A stretch of 62,943 bases of DNA, counting the filler, from Lenisia limosa (taxonomy: Eukaryota; Protista; Breviatea): assembly GCA_001655205.1 (NCBI GenBank). It is 10 parts of 10 records of this genome, joined end to end, with 100 filler letters (N's around TTAATTAATTAA, not from the genome) between each part and the next. Parts side by side here need not be neighbours in the genome. Positions count along the whole stretch, not along the records: positions 1 to 11,790 come from LPNZ01003777.1; positions 11,891 to 16,332 come from LPNZ01010717.1; 8 more parts are not named here. The stretch is one strand, 5' to 3'. This document shows positions 1-12,043 of this stretch, in pieces. The notes beneath the pieces are model-generated. The model was not told the DNA's origin, did not search any database, and saw only the letters and a program-made list of their open reading frames with translations. The stretch's first letter is position 1; each line of letters starts with the position of its first letter. The position numbers and the translations under genes were made by a program.

Positions 1-627
1 CCCCAGCAAGTACCAAGAGATTGGTGACGTCGACAATAGCCCACCCCGGCGTAAGAGGTCGGAAACTCCGCCTCGCCGCTCGGCCCACAGACAGGTCTGC
101 TGCTTGGAGGATGGGGGGTAATATTTGCGGTTGTTTAAATGCCACACCGGCACATCACATTTTCAATCACCCATCATACAATGTCACACAATCTATTCAC
201 CTCCGCAGAGAAGACAAAGAGACTTGACACCATCCCCCCAACCAAAGCATCGCCGACAGAAGGAAATGTTCACCCCCAGTCCCTCACCGCCTCCTCAGCG
301 GAGACGCAAGAAGCAGGTCTGCACTTCTCATTAGCATTGTGGCTTCAACATTATATACTTGGAGAAACCTTTTGATATTGCATTATCTTCATCTCACCTG
401 CATCTTCCTGACCCCTCAGATGTCCCTGAGCCCATCACCGCCACCCCGCCGACGCAGGAAGCAAGTTTGCGATTACATTGTTTTGCCCAGTATTCTACTG
501 CTTCTTAGAACAAGTTACATTTTCGGTGTTTGACCTACCATTGTAGGCTACACCCAGCCCCTCGCCACCCCCTAAAAGACGATCCCGCAAGGCCAAGAAG
601 GCTGATGAAGAGGCAGACTTTTGGTAA
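1..627 (+). CDS. 3' part of a Ser/Pro/Arg-rich protein (SRRM1/BUD13-like low-complexity tail), multi-exon, 5'-truncated
   Basis: GT-AG bounded exons read PSKYQEIGDVDNSPPRRKR, RRQRDLTPSPQPKHRRQKEMFTPSPSPPPQRRRKKQ, MSLSPSPPPRRRRKQ and ATPSPSPPPKRRSRKAKKADEEADFW; TAA at 625-627. Confidence 0.55.
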
Positions 628-723
628 TGTGTTTCTTTTATGTTTTGTTTCAGTTATTATGCACGTTTTGAGTGAACCTGGGATGAGACAAATTCACACT
701 ATCAGATGTTTGTTTTTTTACAG

Positions 724-3700
724 TTATATTTTGATTAAAGTCACAGGCACATATCTGTTAGACCAAATAGTCTCCTTCAAATAGCCAGGACCGCACTCCA
801 GCCACTCCTGTCGCGTGAGGGACATTTGCGTGAGATTCGATGACGTGGCAATTTTGGCTGCGCCCCTCCAGGCGTCGTATTTGGCGTCCCGCGCAACAAA
901 CACCTGGACCTGTGGCGTGATCAACTTGAAGACAGAACGGAAGTGGCATACCTCAGTATTCTCGTCAACAACACACTGAATTTCCTTCGCCACCCTCTGA
1001 GGAAGTCCGGGAATCTAAAAATTTAGCTCTGATTAAAAGACCCGACTAGTACCCAACTGTCAAAACTACCCTCCATTATTGGCGTATCAAATCAAAAACA
1101 ATGATCAAAGGAGTTTGATATTTGATACTGGGCCTCCAACCTTGGCCGGGCCGCCTGTCAAGAAAATACTCCGTGCAAGGCCGTGACGGTGTTCCTGCGG
1201 TACACGCGACATAACAGACGCGATCGCTTCGGCGAGACCCATTTGTGGGTTGCCCACAAGGCTCGGTTGGAAGAGTAGCTCTGGCACTGAGATCCGAACT
1301 GGCTCAGGTCAACAAGGGGACATATTGAAATCATTACAGAATTAGATTGACAATAATATAATCGATAAATCTGTCAAAAAAAAAAAAAAAAAAANNNNNN
1401 NNNNNNNNNNNNNNNNNNNNNNNNNNNNNNNNNNNNNNNNNNNNNNNNNNNNNNNTTATACCTAAAAGAAGTCTGAAAAGTCCCTGATGCACCAACCTGA
1501 GTCCATCACGATCCCATCAGGGTTCTGGTGCCCCCATTTTACTTCTTCTGCGAACTAAATCGTCAAGGCAGGTCAATACTCAAGGAATACAAGAGATCTA
1601 TCGTACCTCTTCCTCAACAATGCTCTTTTGAAACTTTTGGAGAACACCAGCTTTCACGAGTTGATCAGTTACAACCTGCTCATTTTAGGCAAAACGAAAC
1701 CTTATTTCCACCAACAATATGGTAAGGATTCTTATCATAACTCTCATATTAAATGTACATTTATCCAAAAAATACATCTGGATTTTGCTCCATGTCTGAT
1801 ATTATACTTTTTTGTTCTCACTTCCCATGTCAAGAGATACCCACCTGTAGTTCCTCTTCGGTCTCATCCAGCTCTTTGGAAATGTTGGTTCGAGACTGCA
1901 AAAAGAGTAAATACCCTTCCAAGTGAAAACACCGACACACCCCAATGAAACCGCAATAACAATACCCCCCCCCCCAACAATATCGCTGTAAACACTNNNN
2001 NNNNNNNNNNNNNNNNNNNNNNNNNNNNNNNNNNNNNNNNNNNNNNNNNGGGTTATCATCGTCAGCAATCTGAGGGTCACCAGGGGGAAGAAACTTGTGC
2101 ACAAAACTCTCTTCAAGCATTTTCCTCTTCGCTCCCAAATCATCAATTATCAATCTTCCCCACTCCCCACTTGCGCGGCAACTAGGCGCATTCGTTCGGA
2201 AGACTCGGTGGACCGTCGCGTGGAGAACTTCGCTAATTTATCCGCAAGAATCTAGGAGTGAAATTAAATCCATGCATTGTTGAAAGAAGTCTGTATTTGA
2301 GGAAAAATGATGTTAACATAATTCTTATATCTCCCATACCCTCAATTTTGCTTCCATTTCAGCCTTGTGCTTAGTCAATGACGCGATTCGCCTGAAAAGG
2401 TCAGGAACAAACACTCCAATAGACACAGAGAACACTCTGAGAAGTAGAAATGATAAATAAACAGGGGCATCTGGCTGAAGCGTCCACACCATCACTGAAT
2501 ACCAGTGTGTACAAGGGAATATAAGATTATAAGTATAAGAGGGCGACCAGTTGGCTACTAAAGGAGGAACCTAGTCTCTAAACAGCCCTGGTATCCACAG
2601 CCCTTCATGTATAATAATATTAGGTGTACATTAATACAGTATACTATAATATCATATCCATATGTATTCAATATTGTTGTTGTTATGGAGGGTTATTAAT
2701 CCAAAAACGCTCAACTCAAACGTGTTTTATCATAAAAATATAAATGGAAATATGCTAAAATTGTGATATTCTGTTACTTACTCAGGGGAAAAGGTCTCTT
2801 TTTTGGCCAGATCTTCTGCCTTCTTTTGGATAATAACTCTCTAAAAAGTCAATATGTCTACAACATAATATGATGTATATCTATGATTCATTAAAAAACA
2901 TAGTAGCAAAAATGGATCTTTTTATTAATCTGATGTGATGTGTTAAGATCTATAAATGTTGTTTACCCTCTGTAAATCCAACCAGCAGCAAACCTGGAGA
3001 AGCAGTTGTCCCTCCCGTTTGCGTGCACTAACACTGTCCAAAGTGGCCGGATCAACATTAATGAGCGAAAAGTCTGCATGGTAAATAACGCGGGGAATCA
3101 TTTAAGACCCAAGTCCCTGTCAACACCTCCCACCGGCTTCGTAGTCGGGTTCAAGTTTAGAACTGTCTCGATGAACGGTCCACATCAAATCCTATAATAA
3201 TGAGTAATGTATCTAGGGTAGATGTAATGTGGAAATAAGAAATAAAATTACGTAGTATCTGAATGAAGCCGTCCACACTGGCGTAACCCAAATAGCAGCA
3301 CAAAGTGAGAGATACAATAAAAAATTGTCAGATAATATTCGTGTCTTGGATATTTCTGCAACCCACTCTAAGCCTTCGGTTGAAGTTGGACACAATGTCG
3401 AAACCGTTTTCTTTGATCAATTCCTAAAGTGTAAAAATCTGAAGCGCAGTGCCTCCTTTATCATAAATTTAATAGCACAACTTGATCTACTGTATAGATG
3501 GGTTCCCTACCTTGTACTGCTCTTCACCATCAACAGCCTGCATATAAATACCGAATATTCTCTCCAATTCCGGCTTTGCTTTGAGGAGGCGGTCTTGGGC
3601 TGCCTAATTTCGGTGAATATAGAAAAGTATAAATAGCTGGGGTTAATATTACTTTAATGGTCTCAAACAATCTCAAACCTTCTGCTGCATTTCCATCATT

Positions 3701-5411
3701 CTTGCTCTCTGTAATTCCTTCCTATATAGATATTAGCAGGTGAACCAAAAGCTTAGACTATGAATTAGTTATTCAGAAAAAAAAAGTTCCATTTTGATTA
3801 TAATGCATCACAAGTCCAAAACACACTTCCTTGCTTTTTCCTCCTTTTCTTCCTCTGTTTCTTCCTGCTTCGCCTCAGGAACATTGGAAGGTGTTGCTAT
3901 GGGCTTGCCGGAGGGAACTGAAATAAACCGATTCCCACTCCTCTCTGCTGGAAGGGCTGGATAGTCAAATGGCTTTAAAATATATCTTCCTCTGAGTACA
4001 CAGCAGAAAAAGAATGCAGCCCCTTCAAACTGGGATCATAATATTGCTTCAGCTCTTGGGCATAGTCTTGGGCAACATAGCAATGTTCTTGGAAGATAAT
4101 CTGAAAATTTTCAGTCAAAAACCGGGAAACAATAAGCAAACCGCCGATCTCTCTGGGGTGAGTGCGGGTTTGAAGTCCGGGTTGGTCATTGAAAGGACTT
4201 GTTGGGTGCGATTGGCAAATGTGGCTCCTCCCACCCCCAGTCTAAGGAGGAAATAAGGCAACAAGACCTTTCCATCGAGTACGTTGCAAAGAAAATAATG
4301 ATCATGAAGGCGAGGGAGATACGGATCATCTAACCTCAGTGTGTACTCTGGTGCAAAGCTGCCATTGATAACAGTCAAAATGTGGGTGAAGTGGAGACCC
4401 ATTGACACGACCAGGCATGTCGGGGGCAGATCAAGATTCTGAAGGGTCAGCCCTAACTAATGTAGCATCCAGATTAACCACACCTGATACATTGAGAAGA
4501 GTCCATCAATTCCGTACAGAATCATAGGCACGCCATACGATTCAAAAAAGAGTTCCGAGAGATCTGGAGAGTCAAACGGCGGTTACTTTGTGAGACGGTT
4601 AAAACGACTTTCCAACGTTTCCTGCAGGTTGTCAGACAATGCGGTGCTTCGGTGCAGACTATGGGGTGGGGCACAGACGCACCATCCAGTCCAAGGCTTG
4701 CGAAGATGTGGTCTAAGACATATTCCTGCTCGGTTACAATTGTACTGATTGAGTCTCAAAATTGTTGACTAAAGCCTGCTTAAACCTGCTCCATTCACCA
4801 ACCTGAGTATCCATATGCGTTGGGGTATTGGACACCTTATCAAAGGAACTTCTGATATTGAGTCTGAACTGATCGGGGTAGTCGATCAAATCACGTCCGA
4901 CTAGCTGGAAAATTTTCCCATTCTAAAAAGGGATTACCTCTCAAAGAGAAGCCAATGCAAGAGTGGAGTGTCACAGATCATTTGTATTTAGGAGTACATC
5001 AACCAAATAATATCCGTCAATATCAGTATTGACGTGTTTGCTCACATTGCCTCTTGCACGACCAACATCAGGACAGAATTCCACTAAATTGGGTAAGAGA
5101 AAAGAAAAGGCTGTAGAGCTGTATACACCTCCACTACTCCGCTTGTATTACTTCTAGATTAATCTTTGAGAAGTATCGATATTTTATTGGTCTCTTTCGG
5201 ACAAAGGGAACCAAACCCCCATGTGAAAGGATATGCTAGGAAGGCAGCCAGACCGACTTGCAGGGTTTGTTTCCGATGCCCATCCCGCCAAGATGGATGA
5301 CGACCCATTGTCAATCGCAATCGGAACAGGAAACTGTTCCACAAAGCCCGCCGTGCGATAGTCAGTTCGCTTCTCGTAGGTAGCGGGGACAAACTCAGGA
5401 AGAGTGAACAT
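724..5411 (-). CDS. ARP5: Actin-related protein 5 (INO80 complex subunit), about 20 exons
   Basis: Hand-spliced exons give PIAIDNGSSSILAGWA, RSSFD, EYVLDHIFASLG, LSELFFESYGVP, RRSTESSERMRLVA, VRISVPELLFQPSLVG, SIFLTGG and DAWRGAA. This is an actin fold with the long charged ARP5 insertion, joined by in-frame GT-AG junctions. Confidence 0.9.
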
Positions 5412-5787
5412 CTTGAAACCTGAAGGTATCAGTCCAACAAAAACTGGTGCATTGAAGTTGAGAGTATTTTAATACAGTAACATACCTAATTAGAAGCTGC
5501 TCAGCTTTACATCTTCAAGTTAATACGATCAGATCAAGGGAATGATGCAAGCTACAATTCCAAACTAATTCCCCTTCTCAATACTATTATAACAATGAAG
5601 CGCAACAAGTTATAATGGAAGGAGCAAAGAGGGGGAAACAAGTAAAAACACCCTCATCAAAGCAACCCTCGCCACCGTAATATTTACAGACGAGAAAAAA
5701 ATCATCAAAACACGCAATCTGGTAACTTCACAACTATTTAATAGGTTTATCGTAAATTAACGTGTAATTTAATCTGATAAACCAAAT
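5412..5787. promoter_or_regulatory. Putative bidirectional promoter region between ARP5 and IND1
   Basis: 376-bp AT-rich spacer between two head-to-head start codons; no specific motif identified. Confidence 0.35.
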
Positions 5788-7587
5788 ATGGCTCTTGTTG
5801 CCAGCTTACGAGGCATTGCCAGGTCCTTTATCGCCCCCCAGTCATTCTCCTTGATCCGATCATTCTCAACTGCTAAGGCTTTTGAACAAACTAGGCCAAA
5901 AGACGTCAAGTTGGCACCCTTCCTCTTTTGCCTCACTCCTTAGGAAAGTGATTGCTGTCTCGTCCACTAAAGGAGGAGTCGGTAAATCTACTACTGCTGT
6001 CAATCTTGCAGTATCTCTGGCTAAGCTCGGACACAAGGTGAGCGACTCCATCTGTGAACAGTCTCCTAACAAAAGGATCTGAACATCTTCGTCATATCAC
6101 GAGTTTTATCCTTCGTTCACATCACCCCACTATTTCACCTCTTCGCTCTCATAGTTCAAACATCTAGTGTGTTTATTATACCTTTTTTCATTCAGCAAGA
6201 AACTCGCCAATGTTATTGTATTTTGTTTCCTTATTGACACGCAAGACGGGCATCCTGGATGCTGATATTTACGGCCCATCCGTTGCCACAATGCTCGGAC
6301 TTGAAGGCAGCCAGGTGTTTTCTGCTGGTGGGCTGGCTGTATGGATTAGTATCGCTTACCTAGCAACAATTTGTACAGTAGAATATAAAGAAGCAGAATT
6401 TTCCAATTGTGGTGAGAACCGTCTTTCTTAGTTCTCCACAAACAAGAAAAATACAAATTTGCGACATTTGGTTTTCTTTTTTGAAAAGGTGAAAAGGGTA
6501 GCATATCCTTCTCGCACCTAACTCCCCAGATGGAGAGACCATGGAGCCCTATGAAGCCCACGGGGTGTCCTGCATGACCATGGCCTTTATGGTGCCCCCC
6601 GAACAGGCAGTCATGTGGCGTGGTCCAATGGTGGCGGGAGGTGGGAGGGGTGCATGTTAGGAGTTAATGATTGGATTGTATTCATTATACATGTTCATTT
6701 GAGCAGATGGATCCAGTCAGATATGTTCCTCATTGAGGTTTTATTCCATTAACTCCATAGCTCTCAATTCGATGTACAATCAGTGCAACTGGGGCCCACT
6801 GGAGTACCTAGTTCTTGACCTTCCCCCTGGCACGGGCGATGCCCATTTGACAATCGCACAACAGTTCCATATTGATGGTGGGGTTCAAGACTGGATGGAA
6901 ACTGTTATGTAAGATGGTTGTGCCTGACCCTGTAGGAGCGATTGTTGTTTCCACCCCCCAGGATGTTGCACTCAACGACGTTATTCGAGGAATTGCCATG
7001 TTTGACAAGGTTGATGTTCCAGTGGGGAGGGGGGGTCAGTATGCGCCAAAAAATTGTTCAAATTGGGAAACCTAATCTTATAGATTCTTGGAATGGTTGA
7101 AAACTTCTCCTTCTTCGAGTGTCCAAACTGCCAGCACGTGACACACATTTTCGGACGCGAGGGTGCTGTCAAACTTGCCAAGGAAAAGGGTGGGCTAACT
7201 ATGTCACCTACTGATCAATTCGTGACCTTGGGCATGCCTTTGTACTTCTTAAAGACAGGATATTCCAGACTGATGTAGTTTCGGTCTACAAAACAGGTCC
7301 CAAAAGACTCTAGAATTGACCCTTTAGATATCCGTTTGTTGGCGGAAGTTCCGCTTCATGCTGACGTGGCGTCCTCTTCCGATGCTGGCGTGCCAATCTC
7401 CATCCGCGACCCGGACTCCAGTGGGGGGTCTATTGGGTATACCTTTTGTGGTGGTCTTTTGCATTGACAGAGTTGACGGCTTATAGTCCATTCCAAGGCA
7501 TACATGCAACTTGCTGTGCACCTTATTGAGGAAGTTGAGCTTGCTGAGGCTATGGCTGAGCCTGTTACTGTATTTGAGGAGGAGTAG
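5788..7587 (+). CDS. NUBPL: Mrp/NBP35-family P-loop Fe-S carrier, mitochondrial IND1/NUBPL type, 9 exons
   Basis: N-terminal presequence-like [14 protein letters not shown]...LIRSFSTA, Walker [45 protein letters not shown] and C-terminal CPNC. It lacks the N-terminal 4-Cys motif of NBP35. TAG at 7585-7587. Confidence 0.9.
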
Positions 7588-7849
7588 ACCCCATGTTTTT
7601 ATTTAGTATTTTTTCATTTAGATACATATATCGTATGTGTGAATGTCGCCGCCTGGTGGAACCCTTAAAATTGAATAATACACCCGAAACCATTGGGTAG
7701 AGCGGAAACATATCAAAAAAAACAAGAAAAAAAGGAGGAGGCTGGGAATTCCAAATTCCCAGGTTCTGTCCCTATAATAGTCAAAAGAGAATTTCGGATA
7801 CTTTACAAACTGACATAAAAAGTATGTTGGACATACCTAATCTGACAGT

Positions 7850-10800
7850 TCAACACTGTCATATTGCGCGATAGCCGAATGATGGAGCGTTTCAGGTTCC
7901 AAAGTGCTGCCTGATAGCTTGTCAAAAGAGACAGTTTATGAACTTATTATTGTCTGTATATATAATATAGTGTACATTATTGCCCCGTGGTACAATAAGG
8001 GCAGATGACACTGGATGTGACCTGTGGAACTTACCCTCAGAATACATGTAGTACTCTGCAGTACTATCTCTAATGTCTTCAGTGACTCCCTTGGCCTCTA
8101 GAATATCAGAAATGATCAAGAATAGGCCTTAGATAGAACAGAGACCAAACACATCGACAGTAAAGATAGAACAGAGACCAACCAGACACATCGGCAGTAA
8201 AGTCCTCAGCAGCTGGAATGAGACAGGCGTTCATGTCGTCAAGGGCATCCTGGCGAGGGGTAAAGAAGAAGAAGACACACTCCCAATATACATAACACTC
8301 CTCCATTCATTACATACCAACCCCCACACCATACCAACCCCTCGCTCACCGAGGGTCGCATTATCTCCCAAAGCACTCCTGCAGCTGCAACCATGATGTT
8401 GCCAAGGAGAATAACGAGTATTAAAACCGTCACAAAGAGAACGTGCTCGTCTTGACGAAGATATAATACTCCTAGACGGTTACCTCGAAAACAAAAGGCA
8501 AATGGCTCGTTGTGTGAACTATTGGAAACAGTCCAATCGTACCTGCCAGAATAGTCACTGTGTTGGTGGCAAGACAGAATTGCTCCAAATGGTTCAAATG
8601 CCTCTCATAGTAAGGCCGAATGTTTGAATGGAACATTGTGTGCGTGTTCGTGACTATCAGCGCAATGAGTGCCTGAATTTATGAGAACAAATACAAAGAA
8701 TAGTAGAAATTAATCTCTATTTATACTATATGTTGATGTAGATAAGTTCACACGACATGTTGTACTTGGGCAACAAATGACCCCATTGATTTCGTCAGTC
8801 TTGGCGAACCTGTATGGATGGGTAGCTACCGAACACTAAAAGAGAGGAAACCAGTATCAAGCTTCGGGCCATGAGAAGCGCCTCCCAGAGGTTTGCACGT
8901 GGAATGAAACGTGTGTACAGAACTCCATATCTGAGAGTTCAGTTCAACAAAATGAAGCAAATAGTATGATGACTATCTATATAGTATATTACATATACAT
9001 ATGATTTCATATATAGTATAAAGATTATTGCTGAACTTTTAATTTTTTTTTTTTTTTTCTGAATGCCAATACCATAATCAACATTTCTACCCACCTTGAA
9101 ACCACTTCATCCGCATCCAAATCATTGCCGTAGTAGCGGATAACCGAAATGACCGCGGCCGGCAGTCCGATGACATAACACAATATTCCTGTTATGGCAA
9201 GTGGGAATGTCGCCAAGTGCGCTGATGTGTAGCATTCCATACTCGGGTCTAGTGATGTAAAGCAAATCTAGTCTCTCCCATGAGAACCAATCCCTCCCAC
9301 GAGAATCCAGCGTCACTACACCATGTCCCTGGTCAGTGCAGTCGAAGTACTGCAGGGAGATATAGCACATTGGCAAGTAGGCAACAACTGCAAGGGAGCA
9401 TACCGATCGGTATAGTCCATTTCTAGGCAGTCAGCTTGGTAACCATATCAATAGAGTGTCTGAACTGAATGTGAGTTTTTGACATCTAGGGCTTCACTTT
9501 GGTTCGAAAAAAGACGGAATTTCTCGATAAATCCTCGAAAACTATCGATTTTACCGGTCTTTTTCGAACCGAAGTGAAGCCCTACTGACATCATATGCAG
9601 TGAACCGCGACCCACTTCAAAACGTCCATCCTCAGCATGTCATTAGCTTGAGGCACAGTTTCGCTCAAACAATGACGGTAGTAGTAGCAAGCCACTTTGT
9701 ACCAAACCAGCAAGACTCCAAGACTCATGAGAGGCAACAGGAGCTGATGTGTGAAAACGACAAGATGAGAAGAGGTGTCCTTTCCTCCATTCTTACTGAG
9801 ATAAGCATTCTTTGGTTGAACGTCAGAAATCCACTGACACTGCACTCGGGGGCTGAAAGCTGGGGAAAGGAGGAAGGAAAGAAAAGGAGAAAATAACAAA
9901 ACAACGCTGTATTTGGACTCAAACCTGAAGGTTGAAACTGAAGATGCTCATGACCTGCATGATAGTCTGGACTTCCGGNNNNNNNNNNNNNNNNNNNNNN
10001 NNNNNNNNNNNNNNNNNNNNNNNNNNNNNNNNNNNNNNNNNNNNNNNNNNAATGCTTAGCCAGGAGGTCCCTTGAAGAAATGATGAGAACCACACCCAGT
10101 CAGAACTCTCCAACTCCAATCCATCAACATCATAAAAAACAGGGATAATACCAACTTGGAAGAAAGACACGAGGATCCGGAGGGCACCAAACCTGAAGGA
10201 GTTAATTGCCACAATTATCCCAATTACCGATAAGCGACAAAGCGTTTATGAAATTGGTGGGAGAAGAAACGCCAACGAGAATAACCCACTTGCTGCTTGC
10301 CGTTGATGAGAGGGAAAACGCATAGAGGCCTCCTAGGACAGCAACCAGAGCTACAAGCAGAAGGGGCAGCATGAAGGTCGAGGCCGGGCCACAAGGAATA
10401 CACTCTTGTTGCAGTTGGTAATACCTGGAGGTGAAAAAGAACTTTGAAGGGAGTTAGTAGACAAGAAGAAAAAAGGATGTATCTGGCTGAGGTAAATAAT
10501 AATAAAAACCCTTTAGAATTTCCGAATGTCATAAAAAGACCCACCCTTCCTGGCAGTCGCCGCAGACAAAGCCCTCATATCCGTCAGCACACTTTCCGCT
10601 TCCGAGACACGCCGCCGCATAGGGGCATGAAACAAAGCTGCCATTCTGGGGGGTCAAGAGAACTCTAAAAAGCTGATGAACTATCATAATAAAGCGGTTG
10701 AGCCCGCCACCCACACTACTCGTCTGCCAGAACCCAGGTGAAGCACTCGGTTCGGACAGAAGACCGAGACAATCGCCGCCTTTAGGACACTCCTGAAGGG

Positions 10801-11742
10801 GTGAATGGAATAATTAATCGCAAAATTTCCAAATTTAAACCGTGAAGTAACACATGGGGATTGAAAACAACAAAATACAAAGCCCAGCAAGTCGATATCA
10901 TCACTCAGATGCGAAAGATCCTCTCACAGAGCAAATGGGCACTTCATTCTTGGATGACGAAAGATAAAACCCCTAAAACAGGTGAAAAGAGCGGAGGGAT
11001 ATTCATTGTACATGTATCCTTGATTTATATATTATATGATATCAATATTTTTTATCTTAATAGGGCATCACTCATATTTCTTTTCTGATAAAACATCTTC
11101 CATGATTAACACTTTTTTTGCAAGCTTCCACCCCCCCCCCCCNNNNNNNNNNNNNNNNNNNNNNNNNNNNNNNNNNNNNNNNNNNNNNNNNNNNNNNNNN
11201 NNNGTGGCTGCAGAGTTGGCAGGGCACAGGTCACATGAAGTTTCGAGAGATGGCTGTGACCTGGGCCGTCAGTATCACCTATTTTGGCTAATCATCTATG
11301 ATACATATGCAGTATTACATAAACATCAACATAATATACATCTATTCTCAACTGACAAAAGTAAAAATCTCTGGACAGGGTGTAAAAAAACATCTTTTCA
11401 AAGGGACAAGGAGGGAGGGGGAAACATCTTTTCAAAGGGACAAGGAGGGAGGGGAAACATCTTTTCAAAGGGACAAGGAGGGAGGGGGGGTACTAAAATT
11501 TGGAAATTTTGCCTGAAGTGACTCACCTATATCCCGCTATGCCACAAGGTAAGCAAGGCGTCGTGTCATCTGAAGGGCTGTAGTACTCACCTGAATAATG
11601 ATTTCAGCAGAGACTGCCACTGCTTGCTTAAAGCAATCCCCAAGAGCAGTACCTGGAGAACACATGCACGTCCGACCGCCATCATCAGTCTCCACGTTGA
11701 GCATGAGGTTCTTACATATGCAGTCTTCGAAGGAAGTTGTTC
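7850..11742 (-). CDS. Cys-rich (GCC2/GCC3, ephrin-receptor-like) ectodomain plus multi-pass membrane protein; 5'-truncated, 3' end uncertain
   Basis: Exons read GTTSFEDCICKN, CMCSPG, TPCLPCG and CPYAAACLGSGKCADGYEGFVCGDC, followed by hydrophobic segments LRILVSFFQV, YLPMCYISLQYFDC, DPSMECYTSAH and ILVILLGNIMVAAAG. Confidence 0.65.
9487..9584 (+). mobile_element. hAT-type MITE, family A (~100 bp), intronic
   Basis: TIR TAGGGCTTCACTT(T/C)GGTTCGAAAA; 8-bp TSD TTGACATC/CTGACATC (7/8). Confidence 0.85.
11391..11490 (+). repeat. Tandem repeat, 33-34 bp x3, intronic
   Basis: Unit CATCTTTTCAAAGGGACAAGGAGGGAGGGG(G)AAA. Confidence 0.9.
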
Positions 11743-11790
11743 CTAGAGGTTGAATTAATACTATTATAATCCAATATCTCTTATAAGCGT

Positions 11791-11890
11791 NNNNNNNNNN
11801 NNNNNNNNNNNNNNNNNNNNNNNNNNNNNNNNNNTTAATTAATTAANNNNNNNNNNNNNNNNNNNNNNNNNNNNNNNNNNNNNNNNNNNN
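11791..11890. other. Artificial scaffold linker (N44-TTAATTAATTAA-N44); first of nine
   Basis: The same 100-nt block recurs at 16333-16432, 29114-29213, 31854-31953, 35611-35710, 38414-38513, 53230-53329, 58808-58907 and 59946-60045. The 12-mer puts stops in all six frames, and genes are cut at these points. Confidence 0.95.
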
Positions 11891-12043
11891 GGGCTTTGTT
11901 CGTTTTGTTGTTATCACCCTTGTGTGTTGTCAGCCAACAGAGTTGATTTTGGGCTTTTTTGTTTCATACATTTTCCAATTTTACTCCCCCTATGTATCCC
12001 CCCGCTTGTTTCCAATTTCTACCTTTATTTTATTCCCCCCTAG

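Noticed and set aside
5256-5261. GC donor (GCAAGT) in ARP5 exon 1
   Set aside because: A GT donor 4 nt downstream (GTCGGT) gives the correct phase and the ARP5-like PAMEF sequence.
9487-9584. Family A as a TA-TSD (Tc1/mariner) or Harbinger MITE
   Set aside because: The TA is part of the terminus (one copy starts CAGGG), and 8-bp duplications outside it are visible in four copies.
11835-11846. TTAATTAATTAA as a biological motif such as a piggyBac site or elimination signal
   Set aside because: It is always centred in exactly 44+44 Ns, which marks a synthetic six-frame-stop linker.
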